Assembly: GCA_965220965.1 (NCBI GenBank)
Contig: OZ244852.1
Span: 1,536,001-1,600,000, forward strand
Source of the DNA: Candidatus Marinacidobacterium sp.
GTDB taxonomy: Bacteria; Acidobacteriota; Vicinamibacteria; Marinacidobacterales; Marinacidobacteraceae
Length of the DNA: 64,000 bases
Direction of reading: 5' to 3'
A program made the translations under genes and the position numbers. The notes under the pieces were generated by a model. It saw nothing but the letters and a program-made list of their open reading frames with translations. It searched no databases and was not told the DNA's origin. Of the stretch, positions 58,533 to 64,000 are shown piece after piece. Every line of letters starts with the position of its first letter. The stretch's first letter is position 1.

Positions 58533-59939
58533 TCAGTGCGGTTGGGGGAGTACCTGGCCCACCAGGTCCTCGGGGTGGGCCTCGGTGATGCGAGCCGTCA
58601 CGAAGTTGCCGATGAGCTGCTCCGGAGGGCGGTCCGCGTCCACCAGCAGGACCCTGGGATCCACATCGGGCGCCTGCCCCTCGGTGCGGCCGGCGAGCAG
58701 CAGATCCGACTCCTCGGCGGGGCCGTCCACGAGCACGCGGACCTCCCGCCCCACCGCCTCCCGGTGCCGGCGAAGCGAGATCTCCCGCTGGATCTCCATG
58801 AGCTGCGCCCTCCGGTCCTCCTTCTCGCCCTCCGGGATGACCTCTTCGGCCACATGGGACGCCGCCGACTCCTCATTGGAATAGAGGAACGCGCCCATCG
58901 CGTCGAATTCCGCTTCCTCGACGAACCCGGCGAGCTCGCGGAAGTCCGCTTCCTCTTCCCCGGGAAATCCGACGATGAAGGTGCTCCGGATCGCCACGCC
59001 GGGGACCATTTCCCGGATGCGGTCGAGGAGCTTCGCGTTGCTCTCCCGGTTTCCGGGCCGGCGCATGGATTTCAGAATACGGCGGCTCGCGTGCTGGAGC
59101 GGGATGTCCACGTAGCGGCAGAGTTCGGGCGCCTCCGCCAGCGCCTTGAGCGTCTCGTCGTCCAGCGTCGTCGGGTAGGCGTAGAGGAAACGCACCCACT
59201 CGACGCCGTCCACTCCGGCGAGCTGTCGGAGGAGCGAGGCCAGGCCGTGGCGGATCCCCAGATCCACGCCGTAGGCCGTCGTGTCCTGGGCGACCAGGAT
59301 CAGCTCGCGCGCCCCCTGGGCGGCGAGGTCCTCGGCCTCGGCGAGGACCGAGTCGGGCGCGCGGCTCCGGAATCGGCCCCGGATCTGCGGGATCACGCAG
59401 AACGTGCAGGGATAGTCGCAGCCTTCGGCGACCTTGATGTAGGCGGTGTGCGGCGGCGTGGACCGGATTCTCGGCGTCGTGTGGTCGTAGAGCCACGAGA
59501 CCGAGAGGTCGGCGGTCAGCGGCGGCGTCCGCCGGGCGTTTCCGGAGAGGCTGCTCTTCAGGATCTCGGCGATCCGTTCGACTTCGTCGAGGCCCACGAC
59601 CGCGTCGATCTCCGGGATCTCTTCGGCGAGCTGGCTCGCGTAGCGCTGGGCGAGGCACCCGGCGACGACCAGGCGGCGGCAGCGCCCGGTGCGCTTCAGC
59701 CGGGCGAGGTCGAGGATCGTGTTGACCCCCTCTTCCTTCGCCGGGCCGATGAAGCCGCAGGTGTTCACGATGAGCGCATCCGCGGACTCCGGCTCCGCAG
59801 TCATCTCGAAGCCGCTCCCGGCCAGGACGCCGGCCATGACCTCGCTGTCAAGCAGGTTCTTGGCGCATCCGAGGCTCACCAGCCCGACCCGGGCCGGTCC
59901 CCTCCCGACCCGAAGCGCGCCCCCGTCCGTGGGGCTCAC
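58533..59939 (-). CDS. rimO: Ribosomal protein S12 methylthiotransferase
   Basis: SLGC.KN..DSE, NTCGFI, EGCDYPCTFCVIP, YAYP, APDVD TRAM domain. Confidence 0.93.
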   Translation of the reverse strand: MSPTDGGALRVGRGPARVGLVSLGCAKNLLDSEVMAGVLAGSGFEMTAEPESADALIVNTCGFIGPAKEEGVNTILDLARLKRTGRCRRLVVAGCLAQRYASQLAEEIPEIDAVVGLDEVERIAEILKSSLSGNARRTPPLTADLSVSWLYDHTTPRIRSTPPHTAYIKVAEGCDYPCTFCVIPQIRGRFRSRAPDSVLAEAEDLAAQGARELILVAQDTTAYGVDLGIRHGLASLLRQLAGVDGVEWVRFLYAYPTTLDDETLKALAEAPELCRYVDIPLQHASRRILKSMRRPGNRESNAKLLDRIREMVPGVAIRSTFIVGFPGEEEADFRELAGFVEEAEFDAMGAFLYSNEESAASHVAEEVIPEGEKEDRRAQLMEIQREISLRRHREAVGREVRVLVDGPAEESDLLLAGRTEGQAPDVDPRVLLVDADRPPEQLIGNFVTARITEAHPEDLVGQVLPQPH

Positions 59940-61294
59940 GGCGACAGCCGGTAGAGGAGGCGCGGGAACGGAATCGCCTCGCGCAGGTGGGCGATCCCCG
60001 CCACCCACGACACGAAGCGCTCGATGCCAAGCCCGAACCCCGAGTGGGGCACGGTTCCGTAGCGGCGGAGGTCGAGATACCATGAGAACGCGTCCTCGGG
60101 GAGGTCGTGCTCCTGGACGCGGCGCCGCAGCAGTTCCGGGTCGTGGATGCGCTGGCTGCCCCCGACGATCTCGCCGTAGCCCTCGGGAGCGATGATGTCG
60201 AGGCCGAGCACGCGGTCGGGACGGCCGGGGGCCGGCTCCATGTAGAAGGCCTTGATCGCCGCCGGGAAGTGGGTGACGACCAGCGGACGGTCCAGATCCT
60301 CGGTGAGGGCCGTCTCGTCGGGCGCCCCGAAGTCATCTCCCAGGGTGAACCCGGTCCCCTTGCGGACGAGGATCTCCCCGGCTTCGTCGTAGGTCATCCG
60401 GGGAAAGGGCGCCCGGATCTTCCGGAGCGGTTCCGGGTCGCGCTCGAGCGCCTCCAGTTCCGGACCGCGGGTGGCGAGCACCCGCTCGATCGCGTGGCAG
60501 ATGAGCCCTTCGGCGAGCGCCACGATGTCGTCCAGCTCGGCCCAGGCGACTTCCGGCTCGAGCATCCAGAACTCGATGAGGTGGCGGCGGGTCTTCGACT
60601 TTTCGGCCCGGAAGGTGGGCCCCAGGCAGTAGGTCCGGCCCACCGACATCGCGACCGCCTCGTTGTAGAGCTGCCCGCTCTGCGCCAGGTAGGCGCGCCG
60701 GTCGAAGTACTTCGTCTCGAAGAGCGTCGTCGTCCCCTCGCAGGCGTTCGGCGTGAAGATCGGCGTGTCGGCGCACACGAAGTCCTGGTCCCGCAGGTAG
60801 GCGCGGAAGGCGTGCAGGACCTCGTCCCGGATGCGAAGGAGCGCATGCTGCCGCCGCGAGCGCAGCCACAGGTGCCGGTGGTCGAGCAGGAACTGGGCCC
60901 CGTGTTCCTTCGGGGTGATCGGATAGGGCTCGGCCTCCTGAACGACCCGGAAGTCGTCGGCCCGGACCTCCATCCCCCCCGGCGCCCGCGGGTCGGCGAA
61001 CGCGGCCCCGGAAATCTCCACGGCGCTCTCGAGCGGACAGTGTTTCGCCGCCTCGAAGGCCTCCGGCGGAACCTTCGCCTTGGGGGCGACGACCTGCGCG
61101 AAACCGGAACCATCGCGAAAGCTCAGGAACAGCAGCCGTCCGCTGGAGCGCCGCCCCGCGAGCCAGCCCCGCAGCTTCGCCGGGACTCCCGCCCCGTCCC
61201 CGTCGCGCGCCACCGCCTCCCGGAGCCCGGCGAGCGTGGGCCCCATCCGGGCCTTCCAGGGCGTCTGAGGCACGGAGTCGGCGGAGGTGGTCAT
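59936..61294 (-). CDS. asnS: Asparagine--tRNA ligase
   Basis: RDGSG, RHLWLRS, L.QSGQLY, FRAEKSKTRRHL.EFWM.EPE, KAFYM, PHSGFGLG.ER. Confidence 0.95.
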   Translation of the reverse strand: MTTSADSVPQTPWKARMGPTLAGLREAVARDGDGAGVPAKLRGWLAGRRSSGRLLFLSFRDGSGFAQVVAPKAKVPPEAFEAAKHCPLESAVEISGAAFADPRAPGGMEVRADDFRVVQEAEPYPITPKEHGAQFLLDHRHLWLRSRRQHALLRIRDEVLHAFRAYLRDQDFVCADTPIFTPNACEGTTTLFETKYFDRRAYLAQSGQLYNEAVAMSVGRTYCLGPTFRAEKSKTRRHLIEFWMLEPEVAWAELDDIVALAEGLICHAIERVLATRGPELEALERDPEPLRKIRAPFPRMTYDEAGEILVRKGTGFTLGDDFGAPDETALTEDLDRPLVVTHFPAAIKAFYMEPAPGRPDRVLGLDIIAPEGYGEIVGGSQRIHDPELLRRRVQEHDLPEDAFSWYLDLRRYGTVPHSGFGLGIERFVSWVAGIAHLREAIPFPRLLYRLSP

Positions 61295-61375
61295 CGGAGC
61301 GCCGGAAGGGTACCCCTCTCCACGTCGGTGCGTCCGGGCGCGCCAGCAGCCGACAGTCGGGGAACCGCCGAGACC

Positions 61376-61579
61376 TAGCAGCCCGTTGACAAAGTCCCGC
61401 GGCCCGGTTCTCCCGGTAGGGGCTCGAGCGGCGATGCATCCCGCCCGAACCGCGCCCCTTTGGGGCGCTCATCGTTGCGTTTCACTCGGAATATTCCCGA
61501 TATTCCTCGCTCACGCGCCTTGTCGGCCGGGCGCCTCACCGCTCTCGGCGCTGCACGTGACTCTATCAACGGACTGCTA
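61376..61579. mobile_element. MITE-like non-autonomous element (204 bp)
   Basis: Terminal inverted repeats TAGCAGCCCGTTGACAAAGTC (61376) versus the reverse complement of the right end, TAGCAGTCCGTTGATAGAGTC (18/21). TA at both ends, internal hairpins, no transposase. Confidence 0.75.
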
Positions 61580-62674
61580 CGCGCCAGCGGACCCGGTCTC
61601 GTCGAGGAGCTCTCCCAGCAGGGACCCGAGACGGCGCCGCGCGGGCCATCGGTCCAGGTTCTCGCGGACGGCGGCGAGGGTGGGAGCGATGAAGCTCCGG
61701 TAGACCGGGTTCCGGCGTCGATGGACCTGGAATCCGTAGGTTCCGAGCGCCTTCAGCCCGCGCTGGAGCGCCACCGCGTCGAGCTCCCACTGGAGCTCCT
61801 CGCCGGAAGACCCCTCCAGCCCGGTCGCTTCGCAAAATCCCTCGAGGAGCTCGGCCTCGCTCACCGGATGCCGGCGCCCGCCCGGACCCGCCGCCACGTA
61901 GGGGTCGCGCGCCAGCGAGACGAAGTCGTAGAGGCGGGGACCGAGACGGGTGTCCTGGTGGTCGATCACCGAGAGCGCGCCTCCCGCGCTCCCGGGGTGG
62001 GCGATCAGGTTCCGGGAGTGGTAGTCGCGGTGGCAGAGCGCCGTCGGGAACGAGGCGGCCTCAGCGGCCAGCTCTACGAGCGCCCGGTCGAGCGCCGCCT
62101 GATCGACGTCCCGGGCGGCCCGGTCGCTCCGGGGATCGGCGAAGTGCTCGAGGAAGAAGCGCAGCTCGCGGACGAACAGCGCCTCGTCGAGATGCATGGA
62201 GAACGCGCGGTAGCGCGCCGCTTCGGCGGCGGCCCCGACGCTCGCTCCCTCGCGCTGGATGACGCCGAGGATCGAGACCGCTTCCCGGTAGAGCGCCGGG
62301 GTCTGGGGATCGCCGGCGAGCGCGGCGGTCTGGAGGAGCTCGTCTCCCAGGTCTTCCAGCGCGAGAGCTCCCAGGTCCGGCGCCTCGACGCCGAGTTCGG
62401 GGGCGCGCACCCCGAGGCGGCGATAGAGCGCGGCGGAGTCCGCGAACGGCAGCGACCCGGGAGAGTACGGACCGGACATGACGCACGCCACGAACGTCCG
62501 GTGGCCGGAACCCGGCGGATCGACGGGGAGCGCGGCGCCTCCCGGAGGCCGCACGCGGAAGTAGACCCTCTCCCCGGCGTCCTGGACCAGCCGCTCCACC
62601 CCGGCGCCGGCGCACCCGGTTCGCTCGAGGAAGGCGGCCAGCCGCTCCTCGAGCGAAGCCGGAGGCGAGCTCAC
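61577..62674 (-). CDS. APH-family phosphotransferase (AmgK-like MurNAc/GlcNAc kinase)
   Basis: DAG.R.YFR, LEDLGD, HRDYHSRNL, IDHQD...GP..YD..SL, LQR.LKALG. Confidence 0.85.
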   Translation of the reverse strand: MSSPPASLEERLAAFLERTGCAGAGVERLVQDAGERVYFRVRPPGGAALPVDPPGSGHRTFVACVMSGPYSPGSLPFADSAALYRRLGVRAPELGVEAPDLGALALEDLGDELLQTAALAGDPQTPALYREAVSILGVIQREGASVGAAAEAARYRAFSMHLDEALFVRELRFFLEHFADPRSDRAARDVDQAALDRALVELAAEAASFPTALCHRDYHSRNLIAHPGSAGGALSVIDHQDTRLGPRLYDFVSLARDPYVAAGPGGRRHPVSEAELLEGFCEATGLEGSSGEELQWELDAVALQRGLKALGTYGFQVHRRRNPVYRSFIAPTLAAVRENLDRWPARRRLGSLLGELLDETGSAGA

Positions 62675-63666
62675 AGCGCCGCCTCCCGCCCGCCGGCGAC
62701 CAGCTTCCCCTCGATCCGGGCCCCGTGCGGGATCCGCTCGCCGGGGCCCACGACGGAGTCCAGCACGACCGCGCCGTCCCCGATTTCGACCTCCCCGCCG
62801 ATGACGGAGCGCTCCACCCGGGCGCCGGGCCCCAGCCGGACGCCGGGGCCCAGCAGTTCGGGCGGCTCCGCCGAGGCCCCCGCGCCCAGGACGACGCCGT
62901 CCGCGGGCGCCCCGCGGAACATCCCGAGGGCGAGCGCGCGTCGGGAGGCCTCGAGATAGCGCCGGGGCGTTCCGATCTCGAACCAGGGCGATCGGGTCTC
63001 GAAGAGGCGCGCGCTCCCGGCGGCGGCGAGTGGGGGGAAGAGGTCTCTGGCGAGCCCGCCCGGCCGCCCGGAGAGGTGGCGGAGCGCCGACGGGGCGAGA
63101 AGCCAGACGCCGCCAAACACCGGCCCCGCCCCTCCCGGCGCGGTGAGTCCGGCGAACGCTCCGCCGCTCGCGCGCAGGCGGCGCTCGCCCCGAAGCTGCG
63201 GGTCCGGGTCGGGGTCGGCGAGCAGCGTCGCCTCGGCGCCGCTGGCGAAGTGCGCCTCCGCCATCGCCCCGAGATCGGCGGTGTGGAGGGTGTCTCCGTT
63301 CACGACGAAGAAGGACTCCTCGCCGAACCGGTCCCGGACCCGGTGGAGGCCGCCGGCCGTTCCCAGGAGCTCGGCCTCGAACGAACGGACGACGCGGAGC
63401 GGACAGGGTCCCTCGGATTCGACCTGCGCGAGAAGCGGTTCGAGGCTCGCGGGGCGGTGATGGAGGTTCACGACGGCTTCCCGGACTCCGGCGTCGCGGA
63501 GGCGGCGAAGGATGCGCAGCAGAAGCGGCGTTCCGCAAAACGGCAGAGCCGGCTTGGCGCAGCGGGAGGTGAGCGGCCCCATGCGCTCGCCGCGGCCGGC
63601 GGCGAACACCATCGCCCGCGAGGGCGCCGCCGGCCGGGCGGCGCCGGAATCCGGATCCGGCCCCAA
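62671..63666 (-). CDS. NDP-sugar pyrophosphorylase (MurU/mannose-1-P guanylyltransferase-like)
   Basis: AMVFAAG.G.RM.PLT...KPALP, NLHH, LGTAGG, NGD, W.EIGTP. Coupled to the AmgK-like gene. Confidence 0.82.
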   Translation of the reverse strand: MGPDPDSGAARPAAPSRAMVFAAGRGERMGPLTSRCAKPALPFCGTPLLLRILRRLRDAGVREAVVNLHHRPASLEPLLAQVESEGPCPLRVVRSFEAELLGTAGGLHRVRDRFGEESFFVVNGDTLHTADLGAMAEAHFASGAEATLLADPDPDPQLRGERRLRASGGAFAGLTAPGGAGPVFGGVWLLAPSALRHLSGRPGGLARDLFPPLAAAGSARLFETRSPWFEIGTPRRYLEASRRALALGMFRGAPADGVVLGAGASAEPPELLGPGVRLGPGARVERSVIGGEVEIGDGAVVLDSVVGPGERIPHGARIEGKLVAGGREAAL

Positions 63667-63679
63667 CCCCTGATCTCCG

Positions 63680-64000
63680 TCAGGCGGGTAGCGCCGAGGC
63701 CGGGGGCGACGCCTCCCCGGCGACCCAGCGGTCGAACCCCTCGGCATCGATCTCCACCGAGATCACGCGGGACACGCCGGGCTCCTCCATCGTGACCCCG
63801 TAGAGGTGCCGACAGGCCTCCATCGTGATCCGGTTGTGGGTGATCACGACCAACTGGGTCTCCTGGCGGAGCTCGTCGAGCAGCGCGGCGAACCGCTGGG
63901 CGTTCGGGTCGTCGAGCGGAGCATCCACCTCGTCGAGCAGGCAGACCGGCGCCGGGCGGTAGCGGAACAACGCGATGAGGAACGCGATGGCGGTCATCGC
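63680..64000 (-). CDS. smc: Chromosome segregation protein SMC, C-terminal end (partial)
   Basis: [31 protein letters not shown]. Confidence 0.92.
   Translation of the reverse strand, partial: AMTAIAFLIALFRYRPAPVCLLDEVDAPLDDPNAQRFAALLDELRQETQLVVITHNRITMEACRHLYGVTMEEPGVSRVISVEIDAEGFDRWVAGEASPPASALPA

Overview
Very GC-rich bacterial chromosomal window. The lineage is probably Acidobacteriota-like, inferred from the fused LptF/G permease and the FecR-DUF6600 protein. It is mostly housekeeping genes: rpmF (partial), yceD, rocF, ubiD-like, leuB, lptF/G, metK, valS, glpX, nrdJ with tandem NrdR boxes, the rimP-nusA-infB-DUF503-rbfA-truB-rpsO-pnp cluster, rimO, asnS, amgK/murU-like genes and the 3' end of smc. 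An accessory, partly lower-GC patch at about 3.3-10.7 kb holds an ABC-type ATPase with a PD-(D/E)xK-like partner, an orphan VapB-like ORF, DUF4238, a UDG-fold protein and a split AlbA/HATPase_c_4 locus. A probable cell-wall scavenging operon lies at 12.8-22.6 kb. The most unusual item is a 565-aa RNase III with two tandem RNase III domains (one intact, one catalytically degenerate) and two dsRBDs. This Dicer/Drosha-like single-chain layout is predicted to have one active centre. Also seen: a 204-bp MITE, a 21-bp inverted repeat bracketing terB/leuB, a candidate rpsO leader and many apparently leaderless promoters. No tRNA, rRNA or CRISPR array was seen. All calls come from motif recognition by eye; no searches were run.
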